DNA from: an uncultured archaeon
GTDB lineage: Archaea > Asgardarchaeota > Heimdallarchaeia > Heimdallarchaeales > Heimdallarchaeaceae
DNA: 64,000 nt
Assembly (NCBI GenBank): GCA_964534625.1
Contig: CAZHRF010000012.1
Span: forward strand, 1-64,000
Reading direction: 5' to 3'
The position numbers and the translations under genes are program-made. The notes beneath the pieces were generated by a model that saw only the letters and a program-made list of their open reading frames with translations, made no database searches and had not been told where the DNA came from. Shown piece by piece: positions 20,670 to 34,654 of this stretch; the first letter of the stretch is position 1, and each line of letters opens with the position of its first letter.

Positions 20670-21572
20670 TCAAACAGTTTTATTTAACTCTTTTTCACTC
20701 TTATTGTAAAAAGTTTTATCCAATACAAACCACATTGCAAGTACATCATCAATATTATATTGTAGAAGTTTTTCTTCAAGTTCTTTAGACATTCCCCCTC
20801 TCCTTTGAAATTGCATGTATAAACTAGCTGCTAAAAATCCATCAATATCCTTTTCATCATATTTATATCCCAGATAGGCTGAAACATCTTTCAATCCCAG
20901 ACTAGAGATGGGAAAAGCATAACAATTTCTAACCTCAGATAGACAATCAACAATTTGAAATTTTTTTAAAGTTTCACGGATTCCCCCATCCATCTTTTCT
21001 AGCACTCTAAAATCAAAGCTGCTCCAACTCCCTAAAACGGGTTTATCGATATACATGTAGATCTCATTTAACCACTTACTAAATTCATCAATAATATGTT
21101 TTGTTTCTTTTTTAGTAGGAGCATACCACTGCTTTACCGTTCCATCAGATAGAACAGCACAGATAACCCACACAAATGATGCTTGTAAATCCGTTTCAAT
21201 ATCTATCAAAACCAGTTGCTCTCTCGAGGGGAATGATTTCTCAACTGTTAATGGAATGATTCTTTGTTCTATTAATGCTTTTGCTTTAACTATGAGTTTA
21301 TTGGCAGAAACATCGCTAAAACCACCTATAACGGTTAAATCAGCTATTGAAGCGCTTGCAATGTCATATACTGTACTAAACCCAGCGCATTTTAGTAATT
21401 GAGCTTTTTTCGGACCTATTCCATGTATTTTATGTAATCTGCACTCTTTCTTCAAATATTCCAACCAATTAAAGCAGTTAATTGTAATAAACATATATAG
21501 GTATATGAAGCTGTTCTTTGTATCAAATAAATAAAAACGATGAAATATTAAAGTAAAAAGTATCAAAAACAT
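20670..21572 (-). CDS. HhH + RNase H-like DEDD exonuclease (YprB/TM0106 C-terminal type)
   Basis: IHGIGPKKA and VIGGFS HhH; IDIET, SSFD, SLGLKDVS and YNIDDV. Real start is probably a TTG near 21455-21464. Confidence 0.85.
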   Translation of the reverse strand: MFLILFTLIFHRFYLFDTKNSFIYLYMFITINCFNWLEYLKKECRLHKIHGIGPKKAQLLKCAGFSTVYDIASASIADLTVIGGFSDVSANKLIVKAKALIEQRIIPLTVEKSFPSREQLVLIDIETDLQASFVWVICAVLSDGTVKQWYAPTKKETKHIIDEFSKWLNEIYMYIDKPVLGSWSSFDFRVLEKMDGGIRETLKKFQIVDCLSEVRNCYAFPISSLGLKDVSAYLGYKYDEKDIDGFLAASLYMQFQRRGGMSKELEEKLLQYNIDDVLAMWFVLDKTFYNKSEKELNKTV

Positions 21573-21639
21573 TTAGGGAATTTTGCTATTTTCTTCCTGA
21601 TTATATTCTCACCCCGAGATCAAAAAAAGGTAATAACTG

Positions 21640-23439
21640 ATGAATAAACTAGAATATGTTTTTATTTGCATTGGTTTTTATATATTATTAATGAGTAAAG
21701 AAAATTATCCAGTAGCTCTTCAAAAAATAGTTGACGCGGCCCAAAATTTATTTGAACTAGCTAATAAATCAAAAAATCTAACTGTGGAAGATAAAGAATT
21801 TAACGTTCTTCTCAAACAGACCATAACCAATGTTGGAATTTCTACAAATAGCATTATTGAGGACCCCACATTAGATCACTCATTGTGTTATAATGCAATT
21901 AATAAAACCATTTACAAAATTAAACAGACTATCAATTTAATTCCCCAAAAGTCATTAGAATCAAAAATAAATATTCTTTCAATTTTTTCACTTTCTATGT
22001 TTTTAATTAATACTCTTTTTTATTATGCTGATGAAAAAACTCATTTCAATACCATTTGTCTTCTATTATCAGAATTACTCACGACTAGCAGTTTATTTGT
22101 GGAAGATAGAACCTTTCTTGATGAGTTCAAAACTATAAAAAGGAACAAATTTATAGTGTATCAACAATTTTGCGAATCAATTGTCCTGTTAATAGAAAAT
22201 GTTATACTAAAAACGCCGACCATAGCGGAAGAAGATTTCATCTTGTGGTGTAGTATAGCCACAGATGTTATAAATGATTACTGGAAGATTATCAAAGATG
22301 TCAATTATGATATAGCAGCAGAAAAGGATTTGATTACAGGTTATTGCGAGAAAAACGTCCAAAAAAATTACTTATCCATATATATACACGTCTCAGCGTT
22401 ACTTAACATGGTTACACTCATTCAAACTATTGCTGAAGCTTATTATTTCAAAATCTCAAATCAACCAAAACTTATTCACGTTTTTGGAAAGAATGTACAT
22501 CAAAATTTTATACACTTTATAGCAAATATTGAAAATAAGATTCATGAATGGCTTACTGGTATTGAAGAAGATTATACAAAAGGTGTTATTCCAGAAGAAA
22601 ATAAACCAGAAAATGACATAAATTTTGTTACTTCAAAACTTGGCCATAAACTCATTTTATTCATGAAAAAATATATCGAACAGATTTTTGCTTGTTTCTC
22701 ACCAGTAGAATCAGAAAGTCGATCTAGGAATATTCATTGTTTAACAGAGCTTATCCAAGTCGGCGAAGATTTTTTGTTTTTTTCCGAGAAAGTTTTCCAA
22801 TCTAAAGAAAATATTATTAAAACACCTTATGGAGGTATTTATATTGCCATATTACAGAAAATAGCTGCTCTATCTCAATTATTGGCTATAGACATTAACA
22901 ATACTCAACCAATTCAAAACATCTTAGACAAATATGGCACCGTATTTAATATTCTACCAACATCAAAATTCCCTAAATTGTTTATTACAAGAATTATTCT
23001 TGATATAACAGTAAGCATAATAGAAGCAAATGAAAAGCATCTACAGGAAATTGTAAAATTGATTAAGAAAGCCAAATCGGAACTTACATCAATTCATGTT
23101 TTTGAACATTTGACTTTAAGTTCATTAGAATATGTTTTAAGACTAAATGAGGGAGTTTATGATGATTCTGAACTTAATTCAGACATTGTTAGGGACAAAG
23201 AATTATTAAATACATTTGTACCGCATTTAGAAGAAAAATATAATCAACTAATAAATATATTATTCAGACGAACTAATAACAAGATTATCAAGGATTATGA
23301 AATAATCCCTTATGATTATCATACTTGGTTTTTCCCACCATTTCAAAAACTCCAGAGAATAAAAACAAGATACCCAGATATTCACTTTGAATCATTCAAT
23401 TTTTTACCAAAAAGAAATAAAATAGTTGAAGAGCATTAA
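21640..23439 (+). CDS. Hypothetical ~580 aa helical protein, paralog A
   Basis: Colinear with 23816-25567; probable start is the ATG at 21691 (MSKENYP). Confidence 0.8.
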   Translation: MNKLEYVFICIGFYILLMSKENYPVALQKIVDAAQNLFELANKSKNLTVEDKEFNVLLKQTITNVGISTNSIIEDPTLDHSLCYNAINKTIYKIKQTINLIPQKSLESKINILSIFSLSMFLINTLFYYADEKTHFNTICLLLSELLTTSSLFVEDRTFLDEFKTIKRNKFIVYQQFCESIVLLIENVILKTPTIAEEDFILWCSIATDVINDYWKIIKDVNYDIAAEKDLITGYCEKNVQKNYLSIYIHVSALLNMVTLIQTIAEAYYFKISNQPKLIHVFGKNVHQNFIHFIANIENKIHEWLTGIEEDYTKGVIPEENKPENDINFVTSKLGHKLILFMKKYIEQIFACFSPVESESRSRNIHCLTELIQVGEDFLFFSEKVFQSKENIIKTPYGGIYIAILQKIAALSQLLAIDINNTQPIQNILDKYGTVFNILPTSKFPKLFITRIILDITVSIIEANEKHLQEIVKLIKKAKSELTSIHVFEHLTLSSLEYVLRLNEGVYDDSELNSDIVRDKELLNTFVPHLEEKYNQLINILFRRTNNKIIKDYEIIPYDYHTWFFPPFQKLQRIKTRYPDIHFESFNFLPKRNKIVEEH

Positions 23440-23546
23440 GAGCATGATTAATATAAGCTCTATCATTTTTAATACACAAGCTTCGAGTCAAGTAGAAAAA
23501 ATTTAATTCAGATATCTTTATATCTCTTTTTCTATTCATCAAAAGC

Positions 23547-23744
23547 ATGAAGGGAAAAAAATATCCTAAAGTTTTGCAAAACTTTAAAAATGAAACCGAA
23601 GAATTGTTAGATTTGGACTATAGAACAAAGAAACACAATTTAACTGGAACAAGACTCGACATACTTTTTACAAACAGAATTACAGCTGTAGGGGTAGCTA
23701 TGAACCATATTATCGAGGATGCATCACTTGATCATTCCTTATGA
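23547..23744 (+). pseudogene. Truncated third paralog (N-terminal 65 aa)
   Basis: Closely matches the N-terminus of the 23816 ORF. An extra A turns TTA TGC TAT into TTA TGA CTAT, and homology stops there. Confidence 0.88.
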
Positions 23745-23815
23745 CTATCTAGTTTTAGTACAAGATACAATAACATGTCAGATAACTTTATTATCCCAAC
23801 TCTTCTTTTTAGTGT

Positions 23816-25567
23816 ATGAAAGATAAAGGGTATCCTAAGGTTTTGCAGCATCTTATATATGAGACAGAGGAATTACTTAATCTAGCAAAGCGGACAAAAA
23901 AGAATAACCTAACTGGTAAAAGGCTGGACATAATTCTCACAAACAGGATAGGATCAGTGGGAACAGCAGTTAATACTATCATCGAAGATTCATCGCTTGA
24001 TCACGCCTTATGCTATGAGGTTATTAATGATGCCACATACAAAATTAAGGATGCCATTAATATTCTACCACTTGATTCATTAGGTTCCATGAATAATGTA
24101 CTTTCAATTTACTCCCTTTCAATGTTTTTAATTAACAATTTGATTTACTTTTCAGATAATGATGTGGAAAAATTAAATACTATTTCTCTTTTGCTTTCAG
24201 AATTACTCATAACTAATAGTGTTGTTTTGGGAGAAAGAGAAATCTTTAATGAGTTTAAAATACCAAATAAAGAGAAATTTACTGCATATCAAAGATTTTG
24301 TCAATCTATATGTACCCTAATACAAAACGCATTCAATTCAGTTCCTGCTATTTCAGAAAAAGATTTACTTCTATGGAGTGAGATAGCAACTTCTTTTTCT
24401 GCAGATTATCTTTCTCTTATCAAAAATCTTAGCTATGAGATGATAGCTGAAAAGAACACCTTTACTAATCAGTATACAAAAAAAGCTGAACTAGTTTATT
24501 TATCACTTTACATAAATATTTCGGCATTATTAAACATTGTAGCAGTTCTCCAGTACATTGTCGAATTGTATTACAATAAACTAAATATCCATCCAAACCT
24601 CACAAAATTTTTTAGTAACAATGTAGATGAACACTTTAACACTATTATAGCAGCTATTGAAAAAAAGATTCGGAAATGGCTTACTAAGACTGAAGAAGAT
24701 TATAAAAAAGGTATTATTCCAATTGTCGATGATCCAGAAAAAAATATGAATTTCGTAATTTCAAAACTGGGGCACAAATTTATTGTTTTTCTTAAGACCT
24801 TTAATCATTGCATCTCTAAATACTTCTCTGAGCAAAAGAGGGGAGATCCTAGAATATTAGAGAGGTATTTAACTGAGATCATCCAAGTTGGGGAAGATTT
24901 TTTAGATTCTGCAGAAAACATTTTCAAATCTAAAGTAAATATCATCAACTCCCCCTATGGGGGAACATATCTCGCAATATTTCAGAGAGTGATATCTATA
25001 CACTACCTATTAACGATTAGTAAAAAAAGTACAGACCCTATCGAACACATTTTGGACAAATATGGCATTATATTCTCATCTGTACCTTTTGGTAGAGAGC
25101 CCAGTCTTTTTGTTACTAAAATCATTCTCCAAATCACAAAATACATTGAAGAAAGAAATATGATCCAATTAGAACAGTGTCTAGAATCGATAGCTGCAGC
25201 CAGAAAAGAACTGGATTTAACTAGTTTTTATGAGGGGTTAACTTTAGGGTTATTAGATTATCTACTACAGATTACTTTACAGAAAATCGATAATTCAACA
25301 TTAAAGAAAGAACTACAGACTCTGAAAGAACAACACATTTCTTCATATCTACCTCACTTAGAACAGAAATATGACACTATAACAAAGGTCTTACTCGCAG
25401 AGGAGAGAGAGGATCTAGTGTTAGAATCCAATTTAATCCCTTATGACCAAAATTCTTGGTTCTTTCCACCCTTTAACGAATTAGATACTATTAAAGAACA
25501 GTATCAAACTATTGATTTTAAAGCGTTTAACTTCTTAGCAAAGTTTAACAAAGTTGTGGAAAAGTAA
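23816..25567 (+). CDS. Hypothetical ~580 aa helical protein, paralog B
   Basis: Shares SLSMFLIN, LLLSELL, NFVxSKLGHK, IQVGEDFL, PYGGxY and IPYDxxxWFFPPF...FNFL with paralog A. Confidence 0.85.
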   Translation: MKDKGYPKVLQHLIYETEELLNLAKRTKKNNLTGKRLDIILTNRIGSVGTAVNTIIEDSSLDHALCYEVINDATYKIKDAINILPLDSLGSMNNVLSIYSLSMFLINNLIYFSDNDVEKLNTISLLLSELLITNSVVLGEREIFNEFKIPNKEKFTAYQRFCQSICTLIQNAFNSVPAISEKDLLLWSEIATSFSADYLSLIKNLSYEMIAEKNTFTNQYTKKAELVYLSLYINISALLNIVAVLQYIVELYYNKLNIHPNLTKFFSNNVDEHFNTIIAAIEKKIRKWLTKTEEDYKKGIIPIVDDPEKNMNFVISKLGHKFIVFLKTFNHCISKYFSEQKRGDPRILERYLTEIIQVGEDFLDSAENIFKSKVNIINSPYGGTYLAIFQRVISIHYLLTISKKSTDPIEHILDKYGIIFSSVPFGREPSLFVTKIILQITKYIEERNMIQLEQCLESIAAARKELDLTSFYEGLTLGLLDYLLQITLQKIDNSTLKKELQTLKEQHISSYLPHLEQKYDTITKVLLAEEREDLVLESNLIPYDQNSWFFPPFNELDTIKEQYQTIDFKAFNFLAKFNKVVEK

Positions 25568-25678
25568 ATTAAATATAATGATACTACAACTTTACTACTT
25601 TCCAGCAAAGTGGACGAAACTTTAAGGTCTATTGGATTATAGAAGTCTGAGAATACATTGCATATGAGGATACCCCTA

Positions 25679-28798
<3,120 letters not shown>

Positions 28799-28949
28799 TC
28801 AAAACTAATATGAGATTATTATAAACTCTTACGCTCAGAATAGTTTTAAGATTTACTTTATCTGAAATATAGAATTACCTCAATTGATGCGCATGTTCAA
28901 CACAATCTCCAATAAATCAGTTTTAAAGAAAAAATGAGGAAATTATTCA

Positions 28950-29945
28950 TTACATGAATTGAAGAGATCCCTCGTGTATCTCGTTTTTTTCCGATTTTGT
29001 TAAATTGAATGTTAAAGATTCTGCATTCTTTTCCACATGAGAGTGGTTGGACGCACCTGGAATAGCAACTACGATACCATCGTGGTAGCTCGTCAACCAA
29101 TTTAAAGAGACTGCAGCTATACTTACATTATATTTATCTGCAATTTGTTCAAGAGTACTGATAAGTTTTTTACTTCTCTGTATCTTTTTCTTGGTAACAA
29201 CAAATGTTTTCCTTATCCATTTTAAAGCATCAAAGGAAGATGGATCTTTGTGATATTTACCTGTTAGTATACCTTGTTCTAATGGTGAATAGGCAATTAT
29301 TTTTATCCCTAATTCTCTTGCGATCTCCATGACCCCATTTTTTTCTATTCTTCTATCTAACAGAGAGTACTTCATCTGATTGGTAACTAAGGGGAGGTCA
29401 AAGTTTTGTAATGCGTCATAAGCTTTTCGCATTTTTTTTGCTCCAAAATTACTTACACCAACAGAGCGTATTTTACCTCCTTCTACTAATTTTGCCATTG
29501 CTTCTATTTGATTTTTAATTGGCGAAAGGGATAGCGGATTATGAATCTGGTGAATATCTATTGAATATCCATCTAAAGCGGTTAATCTATCATCTATTGT
29601 TTTTAGAATGTTTCTTGCTAATCTAAATACTGGGTTCCACTTATCTGCTATTACGACATCGTTATCAGAAACATTTGTTGCTTTCAATGCTTTTGCTAAA
29701 TTTTCTTCAGACTTACCTCCTCCATATGCTTCTGCTGTGTCAAACCAATTTATTCCTGATTTAATCGCCGTACGAACAATTTCTTGCATAGTATTTATAG
29801 GAAGACTTGGCCAATAAAAACCCGCAAGTCCTCCACTACCACCAGAGAATTGCCATACCCCCAACCCAATGGGAGTGAGAGAAATATTTACATCAGTTAA
29901 TTCTACATGTTTTAACGTATTTGACATGATATCATCACCTAACAT
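28950..29945 (-). CDS. Aldo/keto reductase
   Basis: GLGVWQF, FDTAEAYG, VGVSNF, AYSPL and AIPGA motifs. Confidence 0.93.
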   Translation of the reverse strand: MLGDDIMSNTLKHVELTDVNISLTPIGLGVWQFSGGSGGLAGFYWPSLPINTMQEIVRTAIKSGINWFDTAEAYGGGKSEENLAKALKATNVSDNDVVIADKWNPVFRLARNILKTIDDRLTALDGYSIDIHQIHNPLSLSPIKNQIEAMAKLVEGGKIRSVGVSNFGAKKMRKAYDALQNFDLPLVTNQMKYSLLDRRIEKNGVMEIARELGIKIIAYSPLEQGILTGKYHKDPSSFDALKWIRKTFVVTKKKIQRSKKLISTLEQIADKYNVSIAAVSLNWLTSYHDGIVVAIPGASNHSHVEKNAESLTFNLTKSEKNEIHEGSLQFM

Positions 29946-30142
29946 TAAATATAATCTTAATATCAGTTATGTTTAATCAATATAAGACAAGTCAATATTA
30001 ACTTTCAGTTTTTCCAAATTAAAGTAAGTAATGTATTTTAGTCGATGGTATTTTAACTCATTCTTAAAAAGGCTGTTATAAAAAGCAAGTTGCACTTAAA
30101 AAAGATATATAAAAGGGGGTTAAAATCACATTAGATTATTTT

Positions 30143-31039
30143 TCAAGGTTTATTTATTTTGATTTGTTCTAAGGCTTGTTTTATGGTTTTTAATTGAGAT
30201 TCATATAGCTCTTTTTTCAATGTGGCTTTTAATTTGTTTAATGTATGTTTGCTTTCGATAAAATATTGTTCAGCTTTTTTCAAATTTCCTGTATCTTGAA
30301 ATTTCTTAGCTATGACTTGACAATTAGTAAAATGTGTTTTTTTCGCTTCTATGCTTCCAATATGTTTGTCTTTTATTGTCAAACGTTTAAAGTTTTCAAC
30401 GTAATCTAGATTCTCTTCTAAGAGTTTGGTATTCGTCAATAAATCTGTATGGCCAGTAATTATATATTTGGTATCGAAATTGAAATAGCTCTTGAGTGTT
30501 TCAGCATATTCATTTAGTCTCAGAGAATTGATGTAAGGCAAAGGACATTCAATATTATCTCCAACAAATAAAGTTTTATCCAATCGGTCATATACCGAAG
30601 CAGAATCCTCAGTATGCCCAGGAGTAAAATGGATTTCTATCTCCTCTTCCCTAAACACCAATGAATCAGAAAATAATAAAGTGGGGTAAACAAGGTAAAC
30701 ATTACCTTGCTGATGTTGAGCGTATTTTTCTAAAAACGCCTTTCCTTCAGTATTTAATCGGTCTATACTGCGTTTATGAGCGATTATCAACTGTTTTTTA
30801 AAAGACGGATGACAATTGCCCCAAATATGATCATAATCCGCATGTGAATTGAAAATCAGTATATTCTTGTTATTTATTTCATGTCCCAAGTATTCTAATA
30901 GTGCATTGATCGGATCAGGTCCTAGAAAAGTATCACAAAAAAAGATATTCTGAACACCTTTTATCACATAAAGAGTTGTAAAATAAGGATCTTCAAAAGT
31001 TACAAGCAGCCCCCTTGTTCCTACCTCTTTAACTTTCAT
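30143..31039 (-). CDS. Metallo-beta-lactamase fold hydrolase
   Basis: SHADYDHIWGN, TPGHT, GD and TGH motifs. Confidence 0.9.
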   Translation of the reverse strand: MKVKEVGTRGLLVTFEDPYFTTLYVIKGVQNIFFCDTFLGPDPINALLEYLGHEINNKNILIFNSHADYDHIWGNCHPSFKKQLIIAHKRSIDRLNTEGKAFLEKYAQHQQGNVYLVYPTLLFSDSLVFREEEIEIHFTPGHTEDSASVYDRLDKTLFVGDNIECPLPYINSLRLNEYAETLKSYFNFDTKYIITGHTDLLTNTKLLEENLDYVENFKRLTIKDKHIGSIEAKKTHFTNCQVIAKKFQDTGNLKKAEQYFIESKHTLNKLKATLKKELYESQLKTIKQALEQIKINKP

Positions 31040-31173
31040 TCATATCATTCTAAGCAAGTATATTAAAGACATAAACCTTCCGAATCAAAGGAAAAATTTC
31101 ATCTTGTGTTTGATATGAAACCTATTTAATGAGCAATAAACTCTTATAGAACATAGATAAGACAGATATAAAG

Positions 31174-32148
31174 ATGATTTGGAAAGAATGCAAAAATATA
31201 GATTCGTTTAAAGAATTTTATAAAAAAAGTACTCATATATCTTTTTCAGATTTTACAGCTAAATTCTCCAAAATATCAAATGCCCATATTTTAACATGTT
31301 TTGATAACAATAAGAAGGTGCTATGTACTACTGTTTTTTCACATTTTTCCAAATCAATTTTGGAGCATCATTGGAGTATTTTTGCTGTAATTGATGCCCT
31401 ATCTATAGGGATTATTTTTAAAAGTTTGAAACAATGGTGCAAAAAACACAAAATTCGAGCGATCATTTACTCTCCCTTCAAAGATATTAACTTTATTAAT
31501 ATTAACTTAGATCTTTTAAAAAATCAATTATTAACTTTCAAAAGAATTGCTATGAACTTATCTTTTGAAGATTATATGGAAATAATCTTACAAAAAAATA
31601 TCCAATTATCTCCTTGTTCTATTGATTTTTTGGAATTTAATCAAGAAATCGCTCTTAAAAAATTACCTGGAAAAAAATTTTATGTTAAATCTATTCCTTC
31701 ACTTTCGAAAGAAAAATTTGTTAATCTCCAACACAAAACTTATTCTGCTGTTAAATTCGATGATAATGTAAAGATACTTTCGAATTTATTTTTTGAATAT
31801 AATCAAACAATGATAAACAATTTATTCTCAGACTTTTATGATCCAATAGACCTTACCATCTCTTTTGCTATCGTAAATAGCGCTAAAAAACTTGTTGCTT
31901 ATGTTCTCTGCCTGCAAATAAGACAAGATAAAGGGTTTATTATTGATTTAAATGTTAATCCTGATTATCAAGGCTTTGGTATTGGTTCACTATTATTAAA
32001 AAATGTTATCGTCAAATATTTTGAGGAAAGAAATTGTCGCTCTATTTCATTGGCTGTTACACTTGCGAACAAAAAGGCTATAAATTTATATAAAAATTAT
32101 GGATTCCAAAAAATTGACCAAGGAGAGGAAGGGTTACTATTAATTTGA
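31174..32148 (+). CDS. GNAT acetyltransferase (C-terminal domain)
   Basis: VNPDYQGFGIGSLLL and NKKAINLYKNYGF motifs. Confidence 0.85.
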   Translation: MIWKECKNIDSFKEFYKKSTHISFSDFTAKFSKISNAHILTCFDNNKKVLCTTVFSHFSKSILEHHWSIFAVIDALSIGIIFKSLKQWCKKHKIRAIIYSPFKDINFININLDLLKNQLLTFKRIAMNLSFEDYMEIILQKNIQLSPCSIDFLEFNQEIALKKLPGKKFYVKSIPSLSKEKFVNLQHKTYSAVKFDDNVKILSNLFFEYNQTMINNLFSDFYDPIDLTISFAIVNSAKKLVAYVLCLQIRQDKGFIIDLNVNPDYQGFGIGSLLLKNVIVKYFEERNCRSISLAVTLANKKAINLYKNYGFQKIDQGEEGLLLI

Positions 32149-32228
32149 TTTTTAATCTATATTTCCTAAAAAAAGATATAAAGTCCTTTTACTATTCATT
32201 TTTAAGGTAAACACATTAACAGTCAAAG

Positions 32229-33077
32229 GTGATTAGGTTCATGCTACAATTACGCCCTTTAACTCTCGACGATATTGATTTTGCTTTTCAATTGATTTCA
32301 AGAGAGAATTGGACTACTACCAAATCTCAACTTGAAGATTTAATCATTTATAAAGGGAATAATAGCTACATTTTAGAAAAAGATACAAAGAGCATAGGGA
32401 TGATCTTCTGCATTAGCTACCCCGATTTTTCTTTTATTGGCAATTTCATTGTACTTTTAGAATATAGGGGGAGAGGGTTTGGAACATTCCTATTTAAAGA
32501 ACTGTTAAAAAGACTTGATGCACAAAATGTAAAAACAATAATGCTTGATGGCGTCCCAAAAGCTTTCAATTTCTATAGAAGATACGGATTTAATGCTATT
32601 TGTAAGTCTTTGCGTTTACAAGGAAAAATCGACATACCCATTGACGACAGTAACATACGGCTAATGAAACTAAAAGATCTAGAAGATGTAAATAAGCTAG
32701 ATAGAATTCATTTTGGGACAGATAGATTGTTTTTACTAAAGCAACAATTAATGAAGCATCCCAATTATGCTAAAGTAATGAAAACAAAAGACGGTAAATT
32801 ACAAGGATATATTATGGCTATTCCAAGGGGTGATCATATTTTTGTTGGCCCTTATATAATAAATCCAAGAGAAACAACACCAGAAAAATTGCTATTCTCT
32901 CTCCCTAAAGATATAAATTCAGCAAAAATTGGAGTCTTAGAAAATAATCCTTTTGCCAATAAGCTTTGTTACCAATTCGGATTCAAAATTACTCACTTTT
33001 CTACGAGAATGCAACGGGGAAGGCACATCATTCAAGGGGAAGGAATGCTTGGTATTGCAGGACCAGATAGAGGATGA
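32229..33077 (+). CDS. Tandem GNAT acetyltransferase (YitH-like)
   Basis: EYRGRGFG, FYRRYGF, DRIHFGTDR and VGP motifs. Confidence 0.85.
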   Translation: MIRFMLQLRPLTLDDIDFAFQLISRENWTTTKSQLEDLIIYKGNNSYILEKDTKSIGMIFCISYPDFSFIGNFIVLLEYRGRGFGTFLFKELLKRLDAQNVKTIMLDGVPKAFNFYRRYGFNAICKSLRLQGKIDIPIDDSNIRLMKLKDLEDVNKLDRIHFGTDRLFLLKQQLMKHPNYAKVMKTKDGKLQGYIMAIPRGDHIFVGPYIINPRETTPEKLLFSLPKDINSAKIGVLENNPFANKLCYQFGFKITHFSTRMQRGRHIIQGEGMLGIAGPDRG

Positions 33078-33170
33078 GATTCAGACACATACAAATGTGT
33101 TTTATACTATTTTGATAGTATTACTCTGAATTTTTTCCCTTATTTTAGTTCGTTGCATCAATAATAACCA

Positions 33171-34433
33171 TTGTTTCAGTTGAATCTTTATAAACAAGCT
33201 ATCAAAGTTCACCAATTAGAGCATAGTAGGATGATAAAAATGAAAGATAAAACATGGCTAATTGTAAAAGAAGAGCCTATGGCAGGATATACTCTAACAA
33301 ATATTTTTAGGATCTTATGGGATAATAAGTTTAAAGTCTACCCTAAATACTGGTTGAGATTTTTGTATGCATTTTTATTGAGTATTATAACTTGGCCACT
33401 TAGATTGGTCGAATACTTGAGATTCCATAGAAAAATAAAGAAGACAGAAATTGAACAAGATCCCGTTTTTGTTATTGGTCACTATAGAACAGGTACTACA
33501 TATCTCATGACACTTTTAGCTCATGATAAGTCTAAAGGATATGTTTCTAATATTGAAGGATATTGTCCTAATTTCTTTTTGGCATTTCCTAAATTTACAA
33601 AATGGTTAATTGACGCTTCATTACCAGAACAGAGACCAATGGATAATGTGATAATGGGTGCAGAGGAGCCAACAGAAGAAGAGTATTCAATAGGCGCTTT
33701 TACGAAATATGGATATTACACTGGTTTCATCTTTCCAAGAAATTTTGATCTTTATACAAAATATTTAACTTTCGAGGGAATGCCTAAGGATTTGAAAAAA
33801 TGGAAAAAAGCTTATTATTATTTCGTCCAGAAAATGACCTTGAAATATGAAGGAAAGCAAATGATCTTTAAAAACCCTACAAACAGTTATCGAATAAGAC
33901 ATATACTCGATATGTTTCCGGAGGCTAAATTCATACATACCTACAGGAATCCCTATAAAGTTTTCAAATCTACAGTTAAATTCTTTGATGAAGTGTTTGC
34001 TATCTATACTTTACAACCTTGGGATAAAGATAAGATGGAATTAGATATTTTGCGTAATTATAGGCTGCTTTATGAGCACCTAGAACGAGATTTATCTCTC
34101 ATACCTGAAAACAGGATTGTCCATGTTAAGTATGAAGATTTTGTTGAACAACCAATGGAAACAATTGAAAAAATATACAAGACACTAAATTTAGATAATT
34201 TTGAAGAATATAAAACAGATTTCCAGAAATATGTTGATTCACAAAAGGGGTATAAACCAAATAAGCATCATATATCGGATGAGGTTATTCTAAAGGTAAA
34301 TCAATTTTGGACAGATATGCGACAAAAATATGGATATGAAAAGCTAGTACCAGAAGACAATAAAACAAAATTAGAAGAGATTTTTGAAACGCAATTACCA
34401 AAAAAAAGGGAGATTTCAATAGGTGCAGGTTAA
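33171..34433 (+). CDS. Sulfotransferase (PAPS-dependent, mycobacterial Stf3-like family)
   Basis: PVFVIGHYRTGTT (5'-PSB loop), RPMDN, KNP, RNPYKVFKS (3'-PB) and VKYEDFV; start probably near 33231-33240. Confidence 0.9.
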   Translation: MFQLNLYKQAIKVHQLEHSRMIKMKDKTWLIVKEEPMAGYTLTNIFRILWDNKFKVYPKYWLRFLYAFLLSIITWPLRLVEYLRFHRKIKKTEIEQDPVFVIGHYRTGTTYLMTLLAHDKSKGYVSNIEGYCPNFFLAFPKFTKWLIDASLPEQRPMDNVIMGAEEPTEEEYSIGAFTKYGYYTGFIFPRNFDLYTKYLTFEGMPKDLKKWKKAYYYFVQKMTLKYEGKQMIFKNPTNSYRIRHILDMFPEAKFIHTYRNPYKVFKSTVKFFDEVFAIYTLQPWDKDKMELDILRNYRLLYEHLERDLSLIPENRIVHVKYEDFVEQPMETIEKIYKTLNLDNFEEYKTDFQKYVDSQKGYKPNKHHISDEVILKVNQFWTDMRQKYGYEKLVPEDNKTKLEEIFETQLPKKREISIGAG

Positions 34434-34551
34434 TTTGGTTAATTGCTTTGAATTTTTCTTCCTTTTTCATATTTTATATTGCATATAATATGTAGCAATC
34501 TAGGATCTACATACATACACATCCTTTTTTTCTCATTTATCCTTATAAAAA

Positions 34552-34577
34552 TGTATAAACAATCTGTATAAACAATC
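34552..34577. repeat. Perfect 13 bp tandem repeat (TGTATAAACAATC x2)
   Basis: Directly visible, ~80-100 bp upstream of the MFS gene. Confidence 0.85.
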
Positions 34578-34654
34578 TAACTTATATTTCGGTTGAATTT
34601 TTTATCGCTCGTTACAAAAAAAACTTTATTAATGAAAAGTAGAAAAAGTAAAAT

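Noticed and set aside
23742-23744. TGA at a position where both paralogs have Cys (possible selenocysteine)
   Set aside because: It results from a 1-base insertion, and the read-through sequence is not homologous to the paralogs.
25612-25652. GGACGAAAC...GTC...CTGAGA resembling a hammerhead ribozyme
   Set aside because: There is no correctly placed CUGANGA core and no stem II partner.
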